Position numbers and translations under genes: made by a program
Notes under the pieces: model-generated
The model's input: the letters and a program-made list of their open reading frames with translations, nothing else
What the model was told of the DNA's origin: nothing
The model's database searches: none
In this document: in pieces, positions 51,353 to 59,425 of the stretch
Position numbering within the stretch: position 1 is the first letter of the stretch
How the letters are laid out: each line of letters opens with the position of its first letter
NCBI GenBank assembly: GCA_965215505.1
Contig: OZ244065.1
Span: 512,001-576,000, forward strand
Source of the DNA: Capsulimonadaceae bacterium
GTDB taxonomy: Bacteria > Armatimonadota > Armatimonadia > Armatimonadales > Capsulimonadaceae
Length of the DNA: 64,000 nucleotides
Direction of reading: 5' to 3'

Positions 51353-51405
51353 TTGGCTTGGTCCTCTCAGGCGTCGTGACGACACCTGTGGAACATCAGT
51401 AACCA

Positions 51406-51434
51406 ATTATAGCAATGGCGCACACGGGTGTCAA
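51406..51434 (-). promoter_or_regulatory. Perfect-consensus sigma70 promoter
   Basis: TTGACA-N17-TATAAT with extended TG, pointing toward GH35. Confidence 0.85.
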
Positions 51435-51439
51435 GTCGG

Positions 51440-51480
51440 AAAGCAAAACGCCACGCCTCTCGTCTGAGGGGCGCGGCGTT
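51440..51480 (-). terminator. Intrinsic terminator of the Gfo/Idh/MocA gene
   Basis: AACGCCGCGCCCCTC-agac-GAGAGGCGTGGCGTT followed by TTGCTTT. Confidence 0.8.
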
Positions 51481-51502
51481 GGGACAACGGACGAGGGGTT
51501 TA

Positions 51503-52585
51503 TTAGTCGAAGGTGACGGGATGGCCGGTCTTGGCCGACTCGTAGACCGCTTCCAGGATTTCCGAAACCACAAGGGCCTGCTCGGGCAGGACGACCGGGT
51601 CGGTGTCGTTGCGGACGGCGTTGATCCAGGACCGGGCTTCCTCCAGGGCGAGGTCGGTCCCCTTGCCCTCGAAGAACGCGACGCCACCGCCGGCGGTCTG
51701 GATCTCCTGGACGTACAGGGTGCTGTTCTTCTCGCCGTTGATCTTCAGTCCGTGCTTCATGTCCGCGCCGGCCTTGGTGCCGGCCAGGGTGCAGTTGGCC
51801 TCGGTGGCGTCCAGCAGGTTGATGGCCCAGGCGGCTTCCAGGATGATGGTCGCGCCGTTCTTCATGGTGATGAAGCCGAAGGCCGAGTCTTCCACGGTGA
51901 ACTTCGAGGGGTCCCACGGTCCCCAGGCGTTCGCCGCGTTCTCGTTATCGCCGAGCTTGCGGTAGACATTGCCGACCACCGACTTCGGCTCGTAGTTGTC
52001 CATCATCCACAGGGCAAGGTCGAGGGCGTGGGTGCCGATGTCGATCAGCGGCCCGCCGCCCTGCTTCTCGGCGTCCAGAAAGACGCCCCAGGTCGGCACG
52101 GCGCGGCGGCGGAGGGCGTTGGCGCGGGCGAAGTAGATCTCGCCCAGGTCTCCCGCCGCACAGACCTTTTTGAGATACTGGCTCTCGGCGGACTGGCGGG
52201 TCTGGTAGCCGATGGAGAGCTTCTTGCCGGTCCGCTTGGCGGCCTCCAGCATCCGGCGAGCGTCGGCGGCCTTCTTCGCCATCGGCTTCTCGCACATGAC
52301 GTGCTTGCCGGCCTCCAGGGCCGCGATTGTGATCTCCGCGTGTGAGTCGTTCGGCGTCAGGACGTGGATCACGTCAATGGCGGGGTCTTCCAGCAGCTCG
52401 CGGTAGTCCGAATAGACTTTGGCGTCGGGCGTGCCGTACCGCTTGGCGGCGGCCTGCGCCTTGGCCTCCTCGATGTCGCAGAACGCGGTCATCTCGACGC
52501 CTTCGAGCTTCGCCAGGGCGGGCATGTGTTTGCCGCCCGCGATGCCGCCGGTGCCGATGATGCCGACGAGAATGGTTTCTTTCAT
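51503..52585 (-). CDS. Gfo/Idh/MocA family oxidoreductase
   Basis: IIGTGGIA, HVMCEKP and GGGPLIDIGTHALD motifs. Confidence 0.93.
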   Translation of the reverse strand: MKETILVGIIGTGGIAGGKHMPALAKLEGVEMTAFCDIEEAKAQAAAKRYGTPDAKVYSDYRELLEDPAIDVIHVLTPNDSHAEITIAALEAGKHVMCEKPMAKKAADARRMLEAAKRTGKKLSIGYQTRQSAESQYLKKVCAAGDLGEIYFARANALRRRAVPTWGVFLDAEKQGGGPLIDIGTHALDLALWMMDNYEPKSVVGNVYRKLGDNENAANAWGPWDPSKFTVEDSAFGFITMKNGATIILEAAWAINLLDATEANCTLAGTKAGADMKHGLKINGEKNSTLYVQEIQTAGGGVAFFEGKGTDLALEEARSWINAVRNDTDPVVLPEQALVVSEILEAVYESAKTGHPVTFD

Positions 52586-52719
52586 AGAACGGGGTAGCCT
52601 CCAGAAAATGGTTCTGGGCGCTTAATTCCCGCCGGGCGGCGGAATGTCCTGCCTGCGGCGTGAAAAAGTCTGCCCCGGCGCTGTTTATGTGCTAGGATTC
52701 ATTGGTGGAGATTGGAGCC

Positions 52720-53046
52720 ATGATGAAGAAAGCAATCCTGTTTGCCGCGACCGCCCTCCTGTCGGCCTCCCCGGTGTGGGCGCAGTCAGTGTCCAGACCG
52801 GCGCGCGGCAGACGTTCAACGGCATAGGCGCGAGCTTGTTCCGTCTTGTTCCGTTACACGCCCACCGCCGATAACAACGCGGCGCGGGAGGAAAGGGCCA
52901 GGAGGGTGGGAGAAAAGGATTACTGGATCACGGAGGCGGGCGGCAACACGGACACGGACGAGGGGGCGAACGACGGGCTTCAAGCGGCGAGCGTCACCGT
53001 GCGCTTCCTGAACGACGTCATCCGCCGGGCTTTCCCTGCGCCTGAC
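52720..53046 (+). pseudogene. Degraded remnant of a secreted glycosidase (GH30-like)
   Basis: RBS GGAG and signal peptide MMKKAILFAATALLSASPVWAQ; frameshift; RQTFNGIGAS; a 10-bp tandem duplication CTTGTTCCGT (52835-52854) causes a second shift; then KDYWITEAG...VRFLND. Confidence 0.55.
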
Positions 53047-53051
53047 AGGCT

Positions 53052-53771
53052 TCAAGGCTTCTTCTGGAAAAGCACTTCGATCGGAGACAACTGGCCTTCT
53101 TCGACCTGGCCGGAGGGGTTCTGGGCGTTCTGCTGCATCAGGACGAGGTTCTGCACCATCGTCTCTTCCATCTGCTGGTATCGCTCGATCTCGGCTTCGT
53201 AGTGCCTGAGCATCTCCTCGTCGCGCTGGAGACGCCGGTCCAGCGTCTGCATATAGGTTTCGAGTTGTGAGAGGGCCTCCCAGACCTGGGCCGGGTCGTA
53301 CCCACCGGCGCTGACGGCGGTGAAGCGGAGCGTTCGGATGTACCTCTTGACGCTCTCCATCGACTCCCCGAGAATGCTCCCCGTGACCGGCTCATCTTCG
53401 GGGGTGTCGTCGAGCCGCTGGAGCAGCATCCGCGCGGCGACATGACCGGGCGCGTAGTTGAGCAGGAACAGCAGCGCCTCCCGCGCCGCGCCGCGCCGCC
53501 GGGCCGCAAGATAGGCGTGGGCCAGGTTCAGCGTCAGCTCGGTCGGAGGAACCGTGGTGGGGGAAAGGCGGAAGCCGGTTTCAAACGCCTTCACGGCCTC
53601 CTGCGGGCGGCCGAGGTTATAGAGCGCAACGCCCAGGTACACGCACGTCTCGAAGCGGACGGCCAGCGACACCGTCTGTTCCCGGTCCGACGCCGCCGCG
53701 CCGAGTCGGTCCGCCGCTTCGTGCATCCGTCCTTCCCGGAAGGCCTGCAATCCCATCCGCCATTCAGTCAT
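53052..53771 (-). CDS. TPR-repeat protein with C-terminal DivIVA-like domain and coiled coil
   Basis: YLGVALYNLGRPQEAVKAFE and NLAHAY TPR units; IRTLRFTAVSAGGYDPAQVWEALSQL resembles the DivIVA I...F....GY....V..FL motif. Confidence 0.7.
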   Translation of the reverse strand: MTEWRMGLQAFREGRMHEAADRLGAAASDREQTVSLAVRFETCVYLGVALYNLGRPQEAVKAFETGFRLSPTTVPPTELTLNLAHAYLAARRRGAAREALLFLLNYAPGHVAARMLLQRLDDTPEDEPVTGSILGESMESVKRYIRTLRFTAVSAGGYDPAQVWEALSQLETYMQTLDRRLQRDEEMLRHYEAEIERYQQMEETMVQNLVLMQQNAQNPSGQVEEGQLSPIEVLFQKKP

Positions 53772-53810
53772 GCGTTTTGGTCATTCTCTGGTCGTTCTTC
53801 TTGCCCGGCG

Positions 53811-55256
53811 TCATTCTGCACGAGTCTCGGACAGCGGGGGACTTGCCAGGCGTCGCGTCGTCGCCTTGATGCGTTTGACCCGTGACGGGTTTGCGGCATC
53901 GCCCAAGCCGGCGATCTGGCCTTCCATCTCTCCGGCGAGCTGGTCCTCACCGAGTTTGTGGAGCTGCCTCGTGGCGGCCCCCAGCTTTTCGCGGGCGGTT
54001 TCCAGGTCGCCTCGCTCCTGGGCGCGCTGCGCTTCCCGCTCGAATTTGTAGACGGCGTAGCGGTCCACGAGGTCCATGACCTCGGGGGCGGTCTGGCTCA
54101 GGCGCGTCGGGTCATCCGTGAAAAGCGCGCTGATCAGGGACCCGGCATTTCCGGCGTTCCCGGCGGGCGGGCCGTTCGGGTCGGTCCAGGTCAGCCGAGT
54201 CTCGATGATCGCGTGTTCGCCTGCGGGCAGGATCGGCGGGGCCACCTGGACGATGATTCCGGCGGGGGCCGAGGTGGACACGTCGCCGACGTGGGCGCGC
54301 ATCCAGCCGTCCTCGGTGTGGATCTCGTCGAACATCGTCATGGCGGGCCGGACCAGGAAGATGTCCTGGACGACGGCCCCTTCCAGGCCGCGCACGGCGA
54401 TGTAGAGGTCCGTGACCGTGGTGGTCTGGAGGGTAGTCATCTCCTGCGTGAGACGCTGCGTGATCTCGGCGCTGTCGGCGGCGTAGTAGTATTCGCCGCG
54501 CGAGTTGTCGGCCACGCGGGTCAGGAACTCCTCGTCGAACTCCTCGCCCAGCCCGATGGTCGTGATCGCGTAGCCGTGCGCCTGGATCTCGCCGATCGCC
54601 TGGAGCGTGGCGTCGGCGTCCTGCACGATCCCGTCCGAGAGGACGATCAGGCGGTTGACGCCGTGCGAAAGGACGTTCTGGCTGAGGGAGGCGGACGCCT
54701 GACGCAGCGCCTCGGCCATGTGCGTCCCGGTCCCGATGTCCACGGGCAGGCGACGGTCCCGCAGCAGGTCCATCTGGGCCAGGCAGCCGTCGGGGAAGTT
54801 GGCCCAGTCCTGCTGGTTGAAGACGCTGTGGACGCGGTCGGCGAAGGCGATGACGCTGGCCTGGTCCCCCGGCCGCAGGGACGCCAGGAGGTCCTTGATC
54901 GCCTCGGTCGCCAGGGCCATCGGCGCCCGCGCGACGCTCTGCATTTCGGAGAGCGTCTGGCCGGTCCAGTAGGTGGCGTCCGACTCGTCCGCTTCGCCCC
55001 GCTCCAGCTCGTCGCGCGAAATGGCGACACCCATCCAATACTCGCGCTCCTCATCCGACAGGTGGAAATGGTGCATGGTCGCCGAGGAGTCAACGACCAG
55101 GACCAGGTTCAAGGGTGGCCGGGTGCCGGTCGCCCGGACCGGGTCCGGCTCGATCTCCACCAGGGCGTGGAGGGGCGTTTCTAGGTAGCGGCTGGCCGGG
55201 ACAGAGGGGTAGTCGAGCGCGGTGCGTATTTTGAGGCTGCCGTTCAAGGGGGCCAT
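53811..55256 (-). CDS. VWA domain protein
   Basis: PLNLVLVVDSSATM, GTHMAEAL, LIVLSDG and TIGLGEEFDEEFL motifs; helical C-terminus. Confidence 0.9.
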   Translation of the reverse strand: MAPLNGSLKIRTALDYPSVPASRYLETPLHALVEIEPDPVRATGTRPPLNLVLVVDSSATMHHFHLSDEEREYWMGVAISRDELERGEADESDATYWTGQTLSEMQSVARAPMALATEAIKDLLASLRPGDQASVIAFADRVHSVFNQQDWANFPDGCLAQMDLLRDRRLPVDIGTGTHMAEALRQASASLSQNVLSHGVNRLIVLSDGIVQDADATLQAIGEIQAHGYAITTIGLGEEFDEEFLTRVADNSRGEYYYAADSAEITQRLTQEMTTLQTTTVTDLYIAVRGLEGAVVQDIFLVRPAMTMFDEIHTEDGWMRAHVGDVSTSAPAGIIVQVAPPILPAGEHAIIETRLTWTDPNGPPAGNAGNAGSLISALFTDDPTRLSQTAPEVMDLVDRYAVYKFEREAQRAQERGDLETAREKLGAATRQLHKLGEDQLAGEMEGQIAGLGDAANPSRVKRIKATTRRLASPPLSETRAE

Positions 55257-55387
55257 CTCCTTCGGGTGTAAAGGTGTGTATTTCGATGCCGATAGTAGCC
55301 CCAGAGGGATGGGCTAGATGTTTGTTCGGCATCAAGCCCAGGATTCCTCCTTTCCTCTGAACTCCTCCTGAGAAAAACTTGCGGCCA

Positions 55388-55416
55388 TTGACTTGTCCTG
55401 GGAGGAGTGCTATAAT
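55388..55416 (+). promoter_or_regulatory. Sigma70 promoter for the riboswitch-purH transcript
   Basis: TTGACT-N17-TATAAT with extended TG. Confidence 0.85.
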
Positions 55417-55431
55417 GAGCATGACCGAGAG

Positions 55432-55505
55432 GAATCAACGTGACTGGCGTTCACAGGGAGTCACCCTGAGGGAGCGTTGATTCGGAACAGCCGTCCGCCT
55501 GGGCA
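55432..55505 (+). ncRNA. ZMP/ZTP (pfl) riboswitch
   Basis: P1 GAATCAACG...CGTTGATTC, conserved GTGACTGGCG, GGGAGCG and 3' GCCGTCCGCCTGGGCA; located upstream of purH, the classic context. Confidence 0.92.
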
Positions 55506-55544
55506 TCCTGACACGTTCGACGTGCCGGGTGTCCCGGCTTTTTT
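55497..55544 (+). terminator. Riboswitch expression-platform terminator
   Basis: GCCTGGGCATCCTGACACG-ttcga-CGTGCCGGGTGTCCCGGC followed by TTTTTT; overlaps the aptamer 3' hairpin. Confidence 0.85.
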
Positions 55545-55592
55545 GTTGCCGGTTTTCTGCGGCAGCATTTTGGAAGGAAAGGAACGGTAGCA

Positions 55593-57176
55593 ATGACTCG
55601 TGTGAAGCGCGCCCTGATCAGTGTTTCGGACAAGGCGGGGCTGGTGGAGTTCGCCCAGGGCCTCGCCGACCTGGGCATAGAGTTGGTTTCGACCGGGGGG
55701 ACGGCGAAGAGTCTGGCCGAGGCGGGGCTGACCATCCTGAACGTCTCCGACATCACCCACTTCCCGGAGATGTTGGACGGCCGTGTCAAGACGCTGCACC
55801 CCGCCGTACACGGCGCGCTGCTGGCCGTCCGTGACAAGCCGGAACACATGGAGACGATCGCCAACCATGACATCACGCCGATTGACCTCGTCGTGGTGAA
55901 CCTCTACCCCTTCGCCGAGACCATCGCGAAACCCGGCGTGACGCGCGAGGAGGCGGTTGAGAACATCGACATCGGCGGGCCGTCCATGATCCGGTCCGCC
56001 GCCAAGAACCACGCGGCTGTCGCCGTGGTCGTCTCGCCCTCGGACTACCCCGCCGTGCTGGCCGAGCTTCAGAAGAACGACGGGGCGCTCTCCCAGGAGA
56101 CTCGGACCCGACTTGCCGTACAGGCTTACGCCCACACGGCCGCCTATGACGCGACGATCACGAATTATCTGGCCGCGCGTCTGCCGCAGGAGGAAGGGCA
56201 GGGGTTCCCGGATCTGCTCACCCTCGCCTTCACGAAGGTGCAGGACCTGCGCTACGGCGAGAACCCCCACCAGCGCGCCGCGTTCTACCGCGAGCCGGCT
56301 GCGACGGGCGGCGTCGCGGCGGCGACCAAGCTGAACGGCAAGGAGCTATCCTTCAACAACCTCTATGATCTGAACGCCGCCTACAATCTCGTGCTGGAGT
56401 TCGCGGGGGCGTCCACACCGGCGGCGGCCATCATCAAGCACACGAACCCCTGCGGCGCGGCCGTGGCGGGGACACTGGCGGAGGCGTTCCGCAAAGCGCG
56501 TGAGGGCGACCCCATTTCCGCTTTCGGCGGAATTCTGGCCGTCAATCAGACGGTTGACACCGAGACCGCTAACCTGATCACAGGGAAGAACACGTTCTTC
56601 GAGGCGATCATCGCGCCCGGCTACGATTCTGAAGCGGTTGGTGTCCTGACGACCAAGAAGCAGTGGGGCGCGAACCTCATCCTGCTGCAAGCCGTCGGCA
56701 TGGCCGCTGCTTCGGGTGAGGAGTACGATTACAAGCGCATCAGCGGCGGCCTGCTGGTGCAGACTCAGGATGCGGCAACCCTGATGCCGACCGAGATGCA
56801 GTCGGCGTCGGAGCGGGAGCCGACGTCCGAGGAGATGTCGGACCTGCTGTTCGCCTGGAAGCTGGTCAAGCACGTCAAGTCTAATGCCATCGTGCTGGTC
56901 AAGGACAAACAACTTGTCGGGGTGGGGGCCGGACAGATGAACCGCGTCCAGAGTGTGCGTCTGGCGGTGGCGCAGGCGGGCGAGAAGGCGCAAGGCGCGG
57001 TTCTGGCCTCGGATGCCTTCTTCCCGTTCCCGGATGGGCCGGAGGCCGCCTTGCAGGCGGGCGTCACGGCCATCATCCAGCCCGGTGGCTCCAAGAAGGA
57101 TGACGAGTCCATCGCCATTGCCGACCAGTATGGCGCGGCGATGGTGCTGACCGGGCGGCGGCACTTCCGGCATTAG
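55593..57176 (+). CDS. purH: Bifunctional AICAR formyltransferase/IMP cyclohydrolase
   Basis: RALISVSDK, GRVKTLHP, IDIGGPSM, LRYGENPHQ, KHTNPCG and ASDAFFPF motifs. Confidence 0.99.
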   Translation: MTRVKRALISVSDKAGLVEFAQGLADLGIELVSTGGTAKSLAEAGLTILNVSDITHFPEMLDGRVKTLHPAVHGALLAVRDKPEHMETIANHDITPIDLVVVNLYPFAETIAKPGVTREEAVENIDIGGPSMIRSAAKNHAAVAVVVSPSDYPAVLAELQKNDGALSQETRTRLAVQAYAHTAAYDATITNYLAARLPQEEGQGFPDLLTLAFTKVQDLRYGENPHQRAAFYREPAATGGVAAATKLNGKELSFNNLYDLNAAYNLVLEFAGASTPAAAIIKHTNPCGAAVAGTLAEAFRKAREGDPISAFGGILAVNQTVDTETANLITGKNTFFEAIIAPGYDSEAVGVLTTKKQWGANLILLQAVGMAAASGEEYDYKRISGGLLVQTQDAATLMPTEMQSASEREPTSEEMSDLLFAWKLVKHVKSNAIVLVKDKQLVGVGAGQMNRVQSVRLAVAQAGEKAQGAVLASDAFFPFPDGPEAALQAGVTAIIQPGGSKKDDESIAIADQYGAAMVLTGRRHFRH

Positions 57177-57185
57177 TTCAGGAGC

Positions 57186-57218
57186 AGAGGCACCACACTT
57201 CGTGGTGCCTCTATTTGT
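57186..57218 (+). terminator. purH terminator
   Basis: AGAGGCACCAC-acttc-GTGGTGCCTCT followed by ATTTGTT. Confidence 0.75.
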
Positions 57219-57346
57219 TGCATTTAGCTTGTAAGCTTTAATTTTTTAGTTAAGATATATTACAGTTATGCGAAAGCGTCTGAGGAAGTATACATAAGAT
57301 CGAACCAGATCAACTAGATCAACAGGATTTGGAGGAGTCGGATTAG

Positions 57347-57850
57347 ATGTCAAACGCTGCCGCTATAGCCCTCGTGGACAAAGCAGTTTCCGCCCTTGAC
57401 CAGCGGATGGATGCAGAGCGCTTCGGCCCGATCTACAAAACGGGTGGGTTACGGAACTTTACGCAGCCTGAAAAAACCGTTCTGCTAGCTTATTGGGCGA
57501 TGGGGATCATCCAAAATGGTGGTTTCCAGTTCTTTTACGAGGGAGCAACCAACATGGATGAGGTGGCAGATGCTTATGAACGTCTCGGCTACCATGAGGC
57601 GGCTGAAGCTTGCCGTAAATCGTCATCTATTTTTCCATATGGAGTCCCTCCAGAGGAAGCACACCAACGGCTCCAGGCGTTGCCATCCTATCAGGGGCAC
57701 AGTAACGACTTCCTACGGTCTCTGAATGAGGTCGTCTGCAACGCTGGGGACGCTGACTGGAACGCTGGGGACGCTGATTTTGAGGGCACAGTAGCAGGCT
57801 ACATCCGGACGCACACATCCCACTTTGGGGCCATAATGCCTTCTCCCTAG
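57347..57850 (+). CDS. DUF4375/DMP19-like protein in a lower-GC islet
   Basis: IQNGGFQFFY motif and C-terminal YIRTH; GGAGGAG RBS; AT-rich upstream region. Confidence 0.7.
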   Translation: MSNAAAIALVDKAVSALDQRMDAERFGPIYKTGGLRNFTQPEKTVLLAYWAMGIIQNGGFQFFYEGATNMDEVADAYERLGYHEAAEACRKSSSIFPYGVPPEEAHQRLQALPSYQGHSNDFLRSLNEVVCNAGDADWNAGDADFEGTVAGYIRTHTSHFGAIMPSP

Positions 57851-57905
57851 GCGGACAAATGCACGAAAGCTGCTTAATAAACATTATCGGAACCAAAATT
57901 AAGCG

Positions 57906-57947
57906 AACAAAGAGGCCGCTGATGGCCTTCAAACCGTCAGCGACCCC
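57906..57947 (-). terminator. Terminator for the minus-strand genes ending at 57979
   Basis: GGGGTCGCTGACGG-tttgaagg-CCATCAGCGGCCTC followed by TTTGTT. Confidence 0.65.
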
Positions 57948-57978
57948 TAAAAGATCGTCGCGTCCGTCCCCGCCGTCG

Positions 57979-58320
57979 CTACGCCTGTTTGTCAGGGGCT
58001 TGTCGGTCCGGCAGCCGCTGGACGTCGGCTTCCAGTTGCTGCATCCGGTTCTGACAGGACTTCAGGATGTCATTCACATCAATCAGCGCCTGACGCGCAG
58101 CTTGATGGCGGGAGAGCCAGATGGCGTAGCTTCCGGTGGCGACCGCGGCTGTGGTACAGGCGATGCTGACGGCCATGAATACCAGCATCGTGACCCGCGT
58201 ATTGCCCGCGTCAGCCAGGACGAGCGGCAGGTCGTCGTCGAAGGCAAGTGGGTAATCCACCGCAGCATCGTCCACAGCATCTTGTCCCGGAACGCGGCGG
58301 CCATTGCTACCGATAAGCAC
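57979..58320 (-). CDS. Hypothetical single-TM protein with coiled coil (start uncertain)
   Basis: MLVFMAVSIACTTAAVATGSYAIWL hydrophobic helix followed by a heptad-rich tail. Confidence 0.55.
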   Translation of the reverse strand: MLIGSNGRRVPGQDAVDDAAVDYPLAFDDDLPLVLADAGNTRVTMLVFMAVSIACTTAAVATGSYAIWLSRHQAARQALIDVNDILKSCQNRMQQLEADVQRLPDRQAPDKQA

Positions 58321-58333
58321 CAGCTTGTTTAAC

Positions 58334-58738
58334 TTAGAGATTGTACCGTTTCTCATCGGCGATCCCATCTTCCATAGAAAAGATCCGCTTCACGAAGGCG
58401 ATCAACTCCATTGGGTTGAACGGCTTCGTGAGGTAACACTCGACCCCAGACTGCCAGCCGCGCAGGACGTCGGAGTCCTGTGCCCGTGCCGTCAGCATGA
58501 TCACGGGGATGCTCTCGGTGTCCGGGTTCTTCTTCAAAGCTTCCAGCACCTCGAAGCCGGTCATCTCCGGCATCATCACGTCTAGGACGATCAGGTCGGG
58601 CCGATCCTCCTGCACCTTTTCCAGACACTCCGCCCCATTGTAGGCGGTGATCACTTCGTAGCCCTGCCGCTCCAGGTTGACCTGAATCAAGCGGACGATG
58701 TGCTTCTCGTCATCACAAGTCAGAATTTTGCGTGCCAT
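58334..58738 (-). CDS. Single-domain response regulator
   Basis: ILTCDDE, VLDVMMP, MLTA and YLTKPF motifs; no output domain. Confidence 0.93.
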   Translation of the reverse strand: MARKILTCDDEKHIVRLIQVNLERQGYEVITAYNGAECLEKVQEDRPDLIVLDVMMPEMTGFEVLEALKKNPDTESIPVIMLTARAQDSDVLRGWQSGVECYLTKPFNPMELIAFVKRIFSMEDGIADEKRYNL

Positions 58739-58768
58739 TGCCGGCTTCCCTCGCTCTCTTCAGTCATC

Positions 58769-58797
58769 AGTATATCACACTGCACAAATCGTGTCAA
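58769..58797 (-). promoter_or_regulatory. Internal sigma70 promoter inside the 3' end of the lipoate ligase gene
   Basis: TTGACA-N17-TATACT with extended TG, 30 nt before the response regulator ATG. Confidence 0.75.
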
Positions 58798-59425
58798 TGA
58801 ACAGCCATTCCTCGACGCACAATGCCTCGCCCAAGCCTCGCCGCAGGGCGGTCGCGAAGGCGGCCCTCTCGGGCAGTAGCGCGAGCGGCAAAGACATCTG
58901 CTGCAAGAGCGCGGTCCCCTCCCGCCTCTGGGCGCTGCCCACCAGCTTCCGCCCGCTGACGGCGTCCACCAGGTCGCAACCGGCGACCACGTCAAAGCAG
59001 TGAATACTGCCCCCCACACCGCACGCATACTCCGTGCCGAAGCGCGTCTGATGCCCTGCCTGGCCGAGCGCGGCCACAAGACCGCCCATCAGAAGATGAT
59101 AGGAAGAGAGTACGGTCCTGCCGGAGTCGCCCGGCAGCCAGTCCGTCCGCAGAGCGACCGAAACCGTCAGGTCCTCCCCGTGCAGCACGGCCCGCCCCCC
59201 CGTAGGACGGCGGACGCAGGGTAGATCGGGATACAGCCGCCGCACCGGTTCCTCCGACTGTAGCCGGCCAATGCTGACCGAGCGCCGGTCCCACTCATAG
59301 AGGCGGACGACCGGGCATTCCAGCCTGCCGTTGCGGACGCCCGCCAGCAGGGCGGCGTCCGCGTCCATGTTGTGCCACGGACTGCCTGCGGCGACCTCCT
59401 CCTGCCAATGCGCCTGACGTATCAT
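58775..59425 (-). CDS. Lipoate-protein ligase A family / LipM-like octanoyltransferase
   Basis: NMDADAAL, VRRPTGGRAVLH, CF and RKLVGSAQRR motifs; adjacent to the gcv genes. Confidence 0.88.
   Translation of the reverse strand: MIRQAHWQEEVAAGSPWHNMDADAALLAGVRNGRLECPVVRLYEWDRRSVSIGRLQSEEPVRRLYPDLPCVRRPTGGRAVLHGEDLTVSVALRTDWLPGDSGRTVLSSYHLLMGGLVAALGQAGHQTRFGTEYACGVGGSIHCFDVVAGCDLVDAVSGRKLVGSAQRREGTALLQQMSLPLALLPERAAFATALRRGLGEALCVEEWLFIDTICAV

Noticed and set aside
51172..51400. Firm 6S RNA call
   Set aside because: The core matches a repeat family also seen at 31129 and has nested palindromes atypical of 6S. Kept only as an unassigned structured leader.
55285..55333. Hairpin upstream of the VWA gene as a cyclic-dinucleotide riboswitch
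   Set aside because: I could not recognise c-di-GMP or c-di-AMP consensus nucleotides; it is only an imperfect stem-loop.
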